From: a virus
Direction: 5' to 3' (one strand)
Length of the DNA stretch: 48,019 nucleotides
IMG/VR virus record: IMGVR_UViG_3300027976_000058
The notes under the pieces were generated by a model. That model had not been told where the DNA came from and did not search any database. It was given only the letters and a program-made list of their open reading frames with translations. How positions within the stretch are numbered: the stretch's first letter is position 1; every line of letters starts with the position of its first letter. Both the position numbers and the translations under genes were made by a program. Of this stretch, positions 1 through 8,791 are shown piece by piece.

Positions 1-135
1 TCCGGCAGTAGTTCTTCTGGAAAAGATAATAAGAAAGGCGAATCGTCCGGCAGTAGTTCTTCTGGAAAAGATAATAAGAAAGGCGAATCGTCCGGCAGTA
101 GTTCTTCTGGAAAAGATAATAAGAAAGACGAATCG
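1..135 (+). repeat. 45-bp in-frame tandem repeat, 3 copies (third copy has G->A at 128). Bases 1..123 are identical to 47897..48019
   Basis: Direct reading: tccggcagtagttcttctggaaaagataataagaaaggcgaatcg x3. Confidence 0.95.
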
Positions 136-444
136 CCTAATAGTAAAGAAAAAAGCAATTCATCTTCTAAGGGTAATAAAGAAAAAGTCAAAGACCTTTC
201 CCAATCAGATCTCAAAGATAGAGTAGATCGAATGGAGTTGGAGAAAAGATACAACCAACTACAAGCAGATTCCTCTGGCGTAAGTCAATCAAAAGGAAAA
301 AAGCTTGTTAAAAAGTTAAGTAAGATTAGCCAAAACGTCTTGGAGCAGCAAGCTCAAAAAGCTCTTAACGATGTTGTTGGAAAATTGATAAACGACAAAC
401 TTGTCCAAAAAGGGTTGGTCAATACACCGAAAAATAAAAATTAA
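1..444 (+). CDS. 3' part of a wrap-around gene (5' part at 47804..48019). Ser/Gly/Lys-rich 15-aa-repeat protein with a coiled-coil C-terminus, function unknown, directly upstream of terL
   Basis: Frame 1 is open from base 1 to TAA 442-444. It uses the same frame and the same 45-bp repeat (SGSSSSGKDNKKGES) as the ORF that runs off the window end. Confidence 0.6.
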   Translation, partial: SGSSSSGKDNKKGESSGSSSSGKDNKKGESSGSSSSGKDNKKDESPNSKEKSNSSSKGNKEKVKDLSQSDLKDRVDRMELEKRYNQLQADSSGVSQSKGKKLVKKLSKISQNVLEQQAQKALNDVVGKLINDKLVQKGLVNTPKNKN

Positions 445-462
445 CCTAAGGAGGCGGTTTAA

Positions 463-2208
463 TTGGGTCTCTCCAACACAGCCGTCCCGCTATACTATGG
501 GCGCTTTAGAGAGTCTGTTCTTAGTGGTAAGATTCCAGTAAATCGCGAAGTCTCTCTAGAAATGAATCGAATTGACGATCTCATTGCAAATCCGGGAATC
601 TATTATGATGAGAAAGCCATCAACGGGTTTATTGAATATTGTGAGATGGAACTCACGCTAACTGATGGCAGCGATCTACACCTTTTAGATACATTTAAAC
701 TTTGGGCCGAACAAATTTTTGGTTGGTATTACTTTGTAGAAAGAAGTGTGTATCAACCAGCTAAAGATGGTCGCCAAGGAACGTTTATAAAGAAACAAGT
801 CAAGAAAAGACTAATTACTAAACAGTACCTTATTGTGGCACGTGGCGCAGCTAAGTCTATGTATGGAGCATGTATTCAAGGATATTTCCTTAATGTGGAC
901 ACTTCGACCACACACCAAGTTAGCACAGCTCCAACAATGAAACAAGCTGATGAGATAATGTCGCCAATAAGGACTGCTATCACAAGGGCAAGAGGGCCAT
1001 TATTCAAGTTCCTAACTGAAGGTTCGATTCGGAATACTTCTGGACCGTCGGCAAACAAACTAAAACTTGCTTCGACAAAAAAAGGTATTGAAAACTTTTT
1101 GACTGGGTCTTTACTTGAAGTCCGACCAATGGCAATAAATAAGCTTCAGGGACTCCGACCAAAAGTTTCAACTATTGACGAGTGGTTGTCCGGAGACATA
1201 AGAGAAGATGTTGTCGGTGCTATCGAGCAAGGCGCGTCTAAGATGGACGATTACCTGATTGTTGCAATTAGTTCAGAAGGTACTGTTCGGAATGGCTCTG
1301 GTGATACTATAAAAATGGAGCTGCAAAGTATTCTTCGAGGTGAGTATCAGGCGCCACATGTTTCTATCTGGCATTACAAACTAGACAACATCGAAGAAGT
1401 AAACGACCCATCCGCTTGGTTAAAAGCAAACCCAAACCTTGGTGCAACAATTACCTATGATGCATACCACCTCGATGTAGAACGAGCAGAGAAAGCCCCA
1501 GCGTCAAGGAATGATATCCTTGCTAAGAGATTTGGAATCCCAATGGAGGGATACACATATTTCTTTACTTACGAGGAAACTCTTCCCCACCGATCCAGAG
1601 AATTTTGGTCTATTCCATGTTCTCTTGGAGCCGACCTTTCACAAGGGGATGACTTCTGTGCATTCACGTTACTGTTTCCGCTTTCAAACGGATCATTCGG
1701 CGTAAAGACTCGTAGTTACATTACTACATTGACTCTAATGAAATTACCTGGGGCCATGCGAGCAAAGTACGAAGAGTTTATTAATGAGGGAAGTCTTCAG
1801 GTTCTTGAGGGAACTGTTCTGGACATGATGGAGGTCTATGAAGACCTTGACGCGTTTATCATTACAAACGAATACGATGTTCGTTGTTTTGGATTTGATC
1901 CATACAACGCCAAAGAATTTGTTGAGAGATGGGAAGCTGAAAATGGTCCATTTGGGATTGAGAAAGTCCAACAGGGTGCTCGAACCGAATCGGTCCCATT
2001 AGGTGAGTTAAAGATTCTTGCAGAACAAAGGGCTCTCATATTTGATCAAGACCTAATGACTTTTGCCATGGGTAATGCAGTCACGCTGGAAGACACAAAC
2101 GGAAACCGTAAACTTCTCAAAAAGCGTGCGGAAGAAAAGATTGATAATGTATCTGCACTTATGGACGCATACATTGCCTACAAGTCCAATAAAGAGGCAT
2201 TTGAATAA
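463..2208 (+). CDS. terL: terminase large subunit
   Basis: 581-aa ORF with TTG start after AAGGAGG. Has a Walker-A-like VARGAAKS and an ATPase N-half / nuclease C-half layout, and sits directly upstream of the portal gene. Confidence 0.85.
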   Translation: MGLSNTAVPLYYGRFRESVLSGKIPVNREVSLEMNRIDDLIANPGIYYDEKAINGFIEYCEMELTLTDGSDLHLLDTFKLWAEQIFGWYYFVERSVYQPAKDGRQGTFIKKQVKKRLITKQYLIVARGAAKSMYGACIQGYFLNVDTSTTHQVSTAPTMKQADEIMSPIRTAITRARGPLFKFLTEGSIRNTSGPSANKLKLASTKKGIENFLTGSLLEVRPMAINKLQGLRPKVSTIDEWLSGDIREDVVGAIEQGASKMDDYLIVAISSEGTVRNGSGDTIKMELQSILRGEYQAPHVSIWHYKLDNIEEVNDPSAWLKANPNLGATITYDAYHLDVERAEKAPASRNDILAKRFGIPMEGYTYFFTYEETLPHRSREFWSIPCSLGADLSQGDDFCAFTLLFPLSNGSFGVKTRSYITTLTLMKLPGAMRAKYEEFINEGSLQVLEGTVLDMMEVYEDLDAFIITNEYDVRCFGFDPYNAKEFVERWEAENGPFGIEKVQQGARTESVPLGELKILAEQRALIFDQDLMTFAMGNAVTLEDTNGNRKLLKKRAEEKIDNVSALMDAYIAYKSNKEAFE

Positions 2209-2282
2209 GTATAAATATTTAGAAACTTAAAACCTCATGGAACCAAATAAGAAATCAACACAAGCCTTAAGGAGGCTATATA

Positions 2283-2447
2283 GTGGATACCAACCAAAAG
2301 ACCACACAAGCTGTCGTTACAGCTCAGACTGAAATTGATTCAAATCAAAAGCTTGAACGATTCTCTCTATACCGTCAGGATGGCGCTAACCTTGTTGATG
2401 TTCTTGCAGACTATGAAGCTCGAATTGATGCGTTGGAGAACCCCTAA
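2283..2447 (+). CDS. hypothetical small protein (54 aa)
   Basis: Below the ORF-track size cutoff. GTG start about 7 nt after AAGGAGG. Fills the terL-portal gap. Translated by hand: MDTNQKTTQAVV...IDALENP. Confidence 0.45.
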   Translation: MDTNQKTTQAVVTAQTEIDSNQKLERFSLYRQDGANLVDVLADYEARIDALENP

Positions 2448-2485
2448 TCAAATCTAACAAGCCATAACTAAGGAGGTGATGCTAT

Positions 2486-3706
2486 GTGGCAGTTTTAGAT
2501 CGAGTACGAAGCGCATGGAATGCGTTTAGAAATAATGACGAAGATCCTTGGAAACAAGACCCCTCGTTTTATGGAAGTTCTCCTAGTTATGGTTCAGGTC
2601 GACCCGATAGAGTTAGACTTCGTTATAACAACGAGCGATCACTTGTCACATCAATTTATACTCGAATGGGTATTGACGTGTCTGGACTTAGCTTCAAACA
2701 TGTTCGTGTTGATGATCAAGGACGTTACACAAAAGATGTTAAGAGTGCTTTAAATAGTGCTCTAACTTTAGAGGCAAATATTGATCAAGGGCCTAGAGCT
2801 TTTCGTCAAGACATTGCTACAACTCTGTTTGATAAGGGTTCTTGTGCAATTGTTCCAGTTGATACAAACTACAATCCACAGACAAAAGAGCGGTTTGATA
2901 TATACACTCTTCGTGTTGGTGAGATTGTAGCTTGGTATCCAAGGCACGTCCGAGTAAATCTTTATAATGAAGCTAAAGGTGACCGAGAAGAAATTACGCT
3001 TGAAAAAAGGTTTGTTGCTATTGTAGAGAATCCTCTCTATGCAGTGATGAACGAGCCCAACTCAACACTGCAAAGGCTAATTCGAAAGTTGACGCTTTTG
3101 GATGCTGTTGACGAAGCATCAAGTTCTGGTAAGTTGGATCTTATTATTCAGCTCCCTTATGTAATTAAGTCTGAAGCTCGAAAGACCCAGGCAGAACAAC
3201 GCCGTAAAGACATCGAGTTCCAGCTTAAGGGCAGCCAGTATGGCATTGCCTATACTGATGGTACCGAAAAGATTACCCAGCTCAACCGTCCTGCAGAGAA
3301 CAATCTCCTAGGCCAGGTGGAATACCTAACCAACATGCTATATGGCCAACTTGGCATAACCGAGGCCATCATGGACGGCACTGCTGACGAAAAAGCAATG
3401 ATTAACTATTTCAATCGTTCTGTTGAGCCAATTGTGTCTGCTATTATTGAAGGAATGCAAAGAGCATTCCTTGGTCCACTTGGTGTTACAGAAGGGGAAA
3501 GAATTCAGTACTTCAAGGACCCATTCAAGCTTGTCTCTGCAAATGATTTGGCTAACATTGCAGACAAGTTTACTCGAAATGAGATTCTCACATCAAATGA
3601 GATCAGAGGATACATGGGAATTCCACCATCCATTGATCCTAAAGCCGACAAACTTATGAATAGCAACATGCCACAGCAAACAGATTCCGAAGTGGCTAAC
3701 TCTTAG
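2486..3706 (+). CDS. portal protein
   Basis: 406-aa ORF with GTG start 9 nt after AAGGAGG. Lies between terL and the prohead protease, and size and position are typical of HK97-type portals. Confidence 0.75.
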   Translation: MAVLDRVRSAWNAFRNNDEDPWKQDPSFYGSSPSYGSGRPDRVRLRYNNERSLVTSIYTRMGIDVSGLSFKHVRVDDQGRYTKDVKSALNSALTLEANIDQGPRAFRQDIATTLFDKGSCAIVPVDTNYNPQTKERFDIYTLRVGEIVAWYPRHVRVNLYNEAKGDREEITLEKRFVAIVENPLYAVMNEPNSTLQRLIRKLTLLDAVDEASSSGKLDLIIQLPYVIKSEARKTQAEQRRKDIEFQLKGSQYGIAYTDGTEKITQLNRPAENNLLGQVEYLTNMLYGQLGITEAIMDGTADEKAMINYFNRSVEPIVSAIIEGMQRAFLGPLGVTEGERIQYFKDPFKLVSANDLANIADKFTRNEILTSNEIRGYMGIPPSIDPKADKLMNSNMPQQTDSEVANS

Positions 3707-3720
3707 AAAGGAACTTCAAA

Positions 3721-5805
3721 ATGGAAGCAGATTTTAGCGGTTACGCCACTAAGGCGGGGCTGAAGTGCTCCGACGGTAGGACTATCATGCCAGGTGCCTT
3801 TGCGCACCAGGATAAAATGCAGGTTCCACTAGTCTGGCAGCACGGACACACCGACCCAGAGAATGTTCTTGGTCATGCAATTCTGGAACATCGTGAAGAT
3901 GGCGTTTACGCCTACGGTTTCTTCAACGAGTCCGCAAAAGCTAAGCACGTTGCTGGTCTTCTTGAGCACAAAGACATTACTCAGATGTCAATTTGGGCCA
4001 ACGACCTAATCGAGCGTGCAAAGCGGGTTATGCACGGAGCAATCCGTGAAGTGAGCCTAGTTCTTTCAGCAGCCAACCCTGGCGCATTGATTGACAGCGT
4101 CACGATTCGTCATTCTGACGGAGATCTTGAAGAAATTGAAGACGAGGCCATCATTTACACAGGGCTCGATCTTGATAAGATCAATATTAGTCATGCAGAA
4201 AATCCAGACCAGAAGTCCGAAGACGTCAAGTCCGAAGACGGTACGTCTAACGCTGATACATCAGAGCCTGGACAAGACGCAACCATCAGTAACACTAAAG
4301 ATGGTGGTGAAGAGTCTATTAAGGATATTTATGACACCATGAATGAAAAGCAGAAAGAAGTTCTTCATTACATGCTTGGAGAAGCGCTTAGCGTCTCTGA
4401 ACAAGAAGTTAAACCAGAAGTTAAACCAGAAGTTAAACCAGAAGATGTTATAGAAATAAAAGCTGGCGCCTCGGTTAAAGAGGAAGACGCTAAGCAAGAC
4501 AACACCACCATTGATCAGAAAGGTCAAGCAATGACGCACAACGTTTTCGAGAAAGGTGCCGAGGGCAGCAGCCCAAAGCACACGCTAACTCACTCTGAAA
4601 TTGAGGGTATCGTCTCCGACGCGACCAAGATGGGCTCTATGAAAGACGCTGTTGAGGCTTATGCCATTCAGCACGGAATCACAGACATCGATTTGATGTT
4701 CCCCGAAGCACAGACCCTTACCAGTGCTCCAGAGATGGACAAGCGACGCACCGAGTGGGTCGCTAAGGTCCTAAGTGGTGCCCGCAAGTCTCCGTTTACG
4801 CGGATCAAGACTATTTCGGCAGACCTAACTATTGAAGAGGCTCGTGCTCGTGGTTACGTAACTGGCGCAATGAAAAAAGACGAGTACTTTGGCGTCAAGA
4901 GCCGTGTAACTACCCCCACGACAATATACAAAAAGCAGAAGCTCGATCGTGATGACATGCTTGACATCACCGACTTCGACGTAGTGGCATGGCTGAAGTC
5001 TGAGATGCGTCTGATGCTGGATGAGGAACTCGCTCGCGCTATCCTATTTGGTGATGGTCGCGATGTAGCGCATGAGGATAAAATCAACGAACTAAACATT
5101 CGTCCAATTGCAACTGATCACTCTCTATACGCAACAACAGTTTCGGTCAACCTTGATGATGCAGGCTCCTCAATCCAGGAAGTTATTGATGCCATTGTTC
5201 AGAACCGAAAGTATTTCAAGGGTACTGGTCTTCCAACAATGTTTACCACTGAGACTCACATTTCCAGCATTCTCCTTCTCAAGGACACTGTTGGTCGACG
5301 GATCTACAAGAACCTAGACGAGCTGGCCGGAGAGCTTCGCGTTCAGGAGATTGTTCCAGTTGAGGCAATGGAGGGTGTTGACGATATTGTCGCCATCCTA
5401 GTTAACATGAATGATTACAACGTCGGCGCAGATGCTGGTGGGCAGATTTCCATGTTTGACGACTTTGACATTGACTATAACCAGCACAAGTACCTAATTG
5501 AGACTCGCGTCTCTGGCGCCCTTGCGAAACTGAAATCGGCTCTTGTCATTCGTAAAATTGCCGCTGGTCTAACTGCAGCTACTCCTGGTACACCCTCGTT
5601 CGATGGATCTGATGTTACGATCGTTAACCAGACTGGCGTTATCTATAAGAACGCCGCAACTGGTAATGTGATCAACGCCGCTGGTTCTCCGTACGAGGTT
5701 CAGGCTGGTGGCTCGTTTGTTGTTGAAGCAGAGGCCGACACCGGTTACTACTTCCCGACAACGGTTGGTACAAACTGGACGTTCCTAAACACAGCTAGCG
5801 CTTGA
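3721..5805 (+). CDS. prohead protease (HK97/S78-like) fused to an acidic scaffold-like linker, an HK97-fold major capsid protein and a C-terminal Ig-like module
   Basis: N-terminus has the S78 pattern (MPGAFA..VPLVWQHGH..MSIWAN..IREVSLVLSAANPGA). The middle is an E/D/K-rich linker with EVKPEVKPEVKPE. The C-half has a capsid pattern (KKQKLDRDDMLDITDFDVVAWLKSEMRLMLDEELARAILFGDGR). Confidence 0.8.
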   Translation: MEADFSGYATKAGLKCSDGRTIMPGAFAHQDKMQVPLVWQHGHTDPENVLGHAILEHREDGVYAYGFFNESAKAKHVAGLLEHKDITQMSIWANDLIERAKRVMHGAIREVSLVLSAANPGALIDSVTIRHSDGDLEEIEDEAIIYTGLDLDKINISHAENPDQKSEDVKSEDGTSNADTSEPGQDATISNTKDGGEESIKDIYDTMNEKQKEVLHYMLGEALSVSEQEVKPEVKPEVKPEDVIEIKAGASVKEEDAKQDNTTIDQKGQAMTHNVFEKGAEGSSPKHTLTHSEIEGIVSDATKMGSMKDAVEAYAIQHGITDIDLMFPEAQTLTSAPEMDKRRTEWVAKVLSGARKSPFTRIKTISADLTIEEARARGYVTGAMKKDEYFGVKSRVTTPTTIYKKQKLDRDDMLDITDFDVVAWLKSEMRLMLDEELARAILFGDGRDVAHEDKINELNIRPIATDHSLYATTVSVNLDDAGSSIQEVIDAIVQNRKYFKGTGLPTMFTTETHISSILLLKDTVGRRIYKNLDELAGELRVQEIVPVEAMEGVDDIVAILVNMNDYNVGADAGGQISMFDDFDIDYNQHKYLIETRVSGALAKLKSALVIRKIAAGLTAATPGTPSFDGSDVTIVNQTGVIYKNAATGNVINAAGSPYEVQAGGSFVVEAEADTGYYFPTTVGTNWTFLNTASA
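4405..4440 (+). repeat. 12-bp x3 tandem repeat (gaagttaaacca) encoding EVKP x3 in the protease-capsid linker
   Basis: Direct reading. Confidence 0.9.
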
Positions 5806-5818
5806 TTTAAGGAGTAAG

Positions 5819-6148
5819 ATGGCTAGGTTTCACGGAGAAGTCGGTTATGGAGAAGCAGTAGAAAACCCTCCGGATTCGGGTATCTGGTTGGATCGTATCG
5901 ATGAGTTTCCATATTTTGGAGATGTGATTCGAAATACCAGAAAGCTGGATTCAGGAGAGTCGATCAACGACAATATTTCCGTGGGTAACTCGATCAGTAT
6001 TGTTGCCGATCAGTACGCCATCGAGCACTTTTTTAAAATCAAGTATTTGCGATGGGCGGGGGTTCTCTGGACTGTTACATCAGTCGAGGTTAAGAGCCCC
6101 CGCCTAATCCTTAGTCTCGGGAGTGTGTATAATGGCCCCACGCCTTGA
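5819..6148 (+). CDS. hypothetical structural protein (head-tail joining position)
   Basis: 109-aa ORF with ATG after AAGGAG, between the capsid and tail-tube genes. Confidence 0.55.
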   Translation: MARFHGEVGYGEAVENPPDSGIWLDRIDEFPYFGDVIRNTRKLDSGESINDNISVGNSISIVADQYAIEHFFKIKYLRWAGVLWTVTSVEVKSPRLILSLGSVYNGPTP

Positions 6149-6437
6149 TCTACATGCAATTTTGTTAACAATTTTGGGTAGCGACAATGTTTATTACCAA
6201 CAGCCACCTTCTGTTCAAATGAAGTATCCATGCATCATCTACAAGAGAGATGATGAGACAACAATCTTTGCAGACAATTTCCCTTACATGCGAACAAGAC
6301 GATATCAAGTTACAATAATCGACCGAGACCCGGACAGTGAGATCCCAGACAAAGTGTCTGAGTTACCTTCCTGTGTCTACGACCGATTTTATACAGCTGA
6401 CAATCTTAACCACGACGTATACAAACTTTTCTTTTAG
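6132..6437 (+). CDS. hypothetical structural protein (head-tail joining position)
   Basis: The ORF track gives 6123..6437. ATG at 6132 overlaps the upstream stop. The start is uncertain. Confidence 0.5.
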   Translation: MAPRLDLHAILLTILGSDNVYYQQPPSVQMKYPCIIYKRDDETTIFADNFPYMRTRRYQVTIIDRDPDSEIPDKVSELPSCVYDRFYTADNLNHDVYKLFF

Positions 6438-6449
6438 AAGGAGAAAAAA

Positions 6450-7328
6450 ATGGCAGTCCTTGAATGGGACCCAGTTGGCGAACGGTTTTATGAGACCGGT
6501 GTTGACCGAGGCGTCCTTTACATACCTAATGCATCAGGCGTTTACGAAAACGGCGTTGCATGGAATGGTCTGATCTCGGTTTCCGAGACTCCGACCGGTG
6601 CTGAAGCCAGTGCTCAGTACGCAGACAATATTAAGTACCTTAACCTTTACTCTGTAGAGGAGTTCGGAGCAACTCTGGAAGCATTCACTTATCCAGATGA
6701 GTTTGCTCCGTTTGATGGGCTAGGAGTTCCTACAGAAGGAATTACAGTTGGCCAGCAGTCTCGAAACCAGTTTGGGCTTTCTTATCGAACCCGTGTTGGT
6801 AACGACCTGCAGGGCGATGACTACGGGTACAAGTTGCACCTTATCTATGGTGCAACAGCAAGCCCTTCCGAGAAGGGTTACACTACGGTCAATGACTCTC
6901 CAGAAGCAATTACGTTTAGCTGGGAAATTATGACGGTTCCGGTTTCGGTTCCTAACTTCCGCCCATCGTCGCTTCTTACCATCGACTCAAGTAAGGTCGA
7001 TGCTGGGCAGCTCACTACACTGGAGAACTTCCTCTACGGAACCGGTGGCGCCAATCCTTCATTGCCGCTCCCTGCAGCAGTGATTGCCCTCTTTAGTGGC
7101 ACCGCTACTGAGGTCACACCAGTCGTGCCCACCAATATTGGTAACAACGTTACCATCACAGAGACTACTGGTATCCTCTGGTATAGAAACGGCACACCAA
7201 TCACACTTGACGGTGACGGCAGCACTGGCTACACCATTACCGAAGACACAATTATCAGCGCAGCACCGGGTACTGGTTATTACTTCCCGGCATTTGTTGA
7301 TGATGATTGGCTATTTACTTTCATCTGA
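6450..7328 (+). CDS. major tail (tube) protein-like, paralog 1, with a C-terminal Ig-like module
   Basis: 292 aa with RBS GAAGGAGAAAAAAATG. The N-terminal pattern WDPVGERFYETGVDRGVLY..AWNGLISVSE..FGLSYRT..YKLHLIYG..NFRPSS is shared with 7913..8782. The position fits a tail tube. Confidence 0.7.
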   Translation: MAVLEWDPVGERFYETGVDRGVLYIPNASGVYENGVAWNGLISVSETPTGAEASAQYADNIKYLNLYSVEEFGATLEAFTYPDEFAPFDGLGVPTEGITVGQQSRNQFGLSYRTRVGNDLQGDDYGYKLHLIYGATASPSEKGYTTVNDSPEAITFSWEIMTVPVSVPNFRPSSLLTIDSSKVDAGQLTTLENFLYGTGGANPSLPLPAAVIALFSGTATEVTPVVPTNIGNNVTITETTGILWYRNGTPITLDGDGSTGYTITEDTIISAAPGTGYYFPAFVDDDWLFTFI

Positions 7329-7355
7329 TAGACTATTTGACTGGGAGGCCAAAGA

Positions 7356-7898
7356 ATGCTTACAATTATTATAGAAGGAGAAGAGTTCTACAACGAAACA
7401 ACAGAAGAGTTTGAAACTGTTGGTAGTGTTGAACTTTACTTAGAGCACTCTTTGGTCTCCCTTTCAAAATGGGAGTCGAAATACCATAAACCATTCTTGG
7501 GGTCAGGAGAAAAAACTTCCGAGGAAATTGCCTACTACATAATGTCTATGGTACAAGATCCAAATGCAACTTATGGGGCATTAAATAACTTATCAGAAAA
7601 AAACTTAGAAGAAATAAACAAGTACATAGAGTCTTCCCAGTCCGCAACAACGTTTGGTATAATGCCTGAACGAAAAGGCCGTGGGGAAATAATCACATCA
7701 GAGCTTATCTATTATTGGCTGGTTGCTTTCAAGATACCTTTTGAATGCGAGAGTTGGCATCTTAATCGGTTGTTCTCTTTGATTAGAATTTGCAACATTA
7801 AAAACTCTCCTGGTAAGAAGATGCCTCGACATGAGGTTGCAAATCGAAACAGAGAATTGAATGAGAAGCGGAAGGCCAAGTACGGCACAAAAGGGTAA
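7356..7898 (+). CDS. hypothetical protein. Possible tail assembly chaperone by position
   Basis: 180-aa ORF between the two tube-like genes with an acidic N-half. I saw no slippery-site frameshift. Confidence 0.4.
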   Translation: MLTIIIEGEEFYNETTEEFETVGSVELYLEHSLVSLSKWESKYHKPFLGSGEKTSEEIAYYIMSMVQDPNATYGALNNLSEKNLEEINKYIESSQSATTFGIMPERKGRGEIITSELIYYWLVAFKIPFECESWHLNRLFSLIRICNIKNSPGKKMPRHEVANRNRELNEKRKAKYGTKG

Positions 7899-7912
7899 CG
7901 AAAGAAGGCGTT

Positions 7913-8782
7913 ATGACAGAACTAACTTGGGGTGATGCTGGAACAAAACATTTTGAACAAGGTTTAGATCGCGGAGTCATATATCTCCCAAACGGAATTG
8001 CTGTTCCTTGGAATGGGTTGACCTCAGTTGCAGAAGAGATTAATCAAAATGTAGAGACCGTTAGTTATGATGGAGTAAAGATTCACGACATTGTTTCTTA
8101 CGGTAGTTTCTCAGCTAAAGTTTCAGCAATCACCTACCCAGATGCAATGCAAAAGCTTGAAGGTACAGCACAGGTTACCAGAGGCATTTACCTTTCTGAA
8201 CAACCATCAGTTCGTTTTGGTTTTTGCTATAGAACTAGTAAAGGTAACGATGTTGACCCAGAGGTAGGGTATAAGATTCATATAGTTTATAATGTTTCTG
8301 CAGTACCATCGGGCAGGACCTATTCAACAATGTCCGATGATCCAGAAGTTACTGAGTTTGAATGGGACATTACAGCCGTCCCACAATACGTAGGAAATTT
8401 CAGACCATCCTCACATCTCATTCTTGATTCAAACAAAATTGACCCATTGCTATTAGTACAGATTGAAGAAATTCTTTATGGAAATTCAACAGCTGACGCA
8501 TCGCTTCTTGATATGGAGGCTTTAGTCACTTATTTGAACGAATGGTTTAGAGTTAAGATCTTTGATAATGGAGACGGCACTTGGACAGCAACTTCTGACT
8601 ACGAAGGCTATATTTTCCCAAACATGCCGCCTAGTCCAGACTATAGTAACATTCGGATTCAGAACGTTGATTCATATTATATTGATCCATTCACATATGT
8701 TATTACTGATTCGTCAATCCAGGTTCCAGACGAAAACGACCCACCTAACGCATACACAGAAAATTACGGAAGTATTTACTAA
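7913..8782 (+). CDS. major tail (tube) protein-like, paralog 2
   Basis: 289 aa. TWGDAGTKHFEQGLDRGVIY..PWNGLTSVAEE..FGFCYRT..YKIHIVYN..NFRPSSHLILDSNKID aligns by eye with 6450..7328. Confidence 0.65.
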   Translation: MTELTWGDAGTKHFEQGLDRGVIYLPNGIAVPWNGLTSVAEEINQNVETVSYDGVKIHDIVSYGSFSAKVSAITYPDAMQKLEGTAQVTRGIYLSEQPSVRFGFCYRTSKGNDVDPEVGYKIHIVYNVSAVPSGRTYSTMSDDPEVTEFEWDITAVPQYVGNFRPSSHLILDSNKIDPLLLVQIEEILYGNSTADASLLDMEALVTYLNEWFRVKIFDNGDGTWTATSDYEGYIFPNMPPSPDYSNIRIQNVDSYYIDPFTYVITDSSIQVPDENDPPNAYTENYGSIY

Positions 8783-8791
8783 GGAGGATAA

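Noticed and set aside
7356-7913. A programmed -1 frameshift (G/GT-type) in the chaperone-position ORF.
   Set aside because: I found no slippery heptamer with a suitable overlapping downstream frame by eye. The next ORF has its own SD and ATG.
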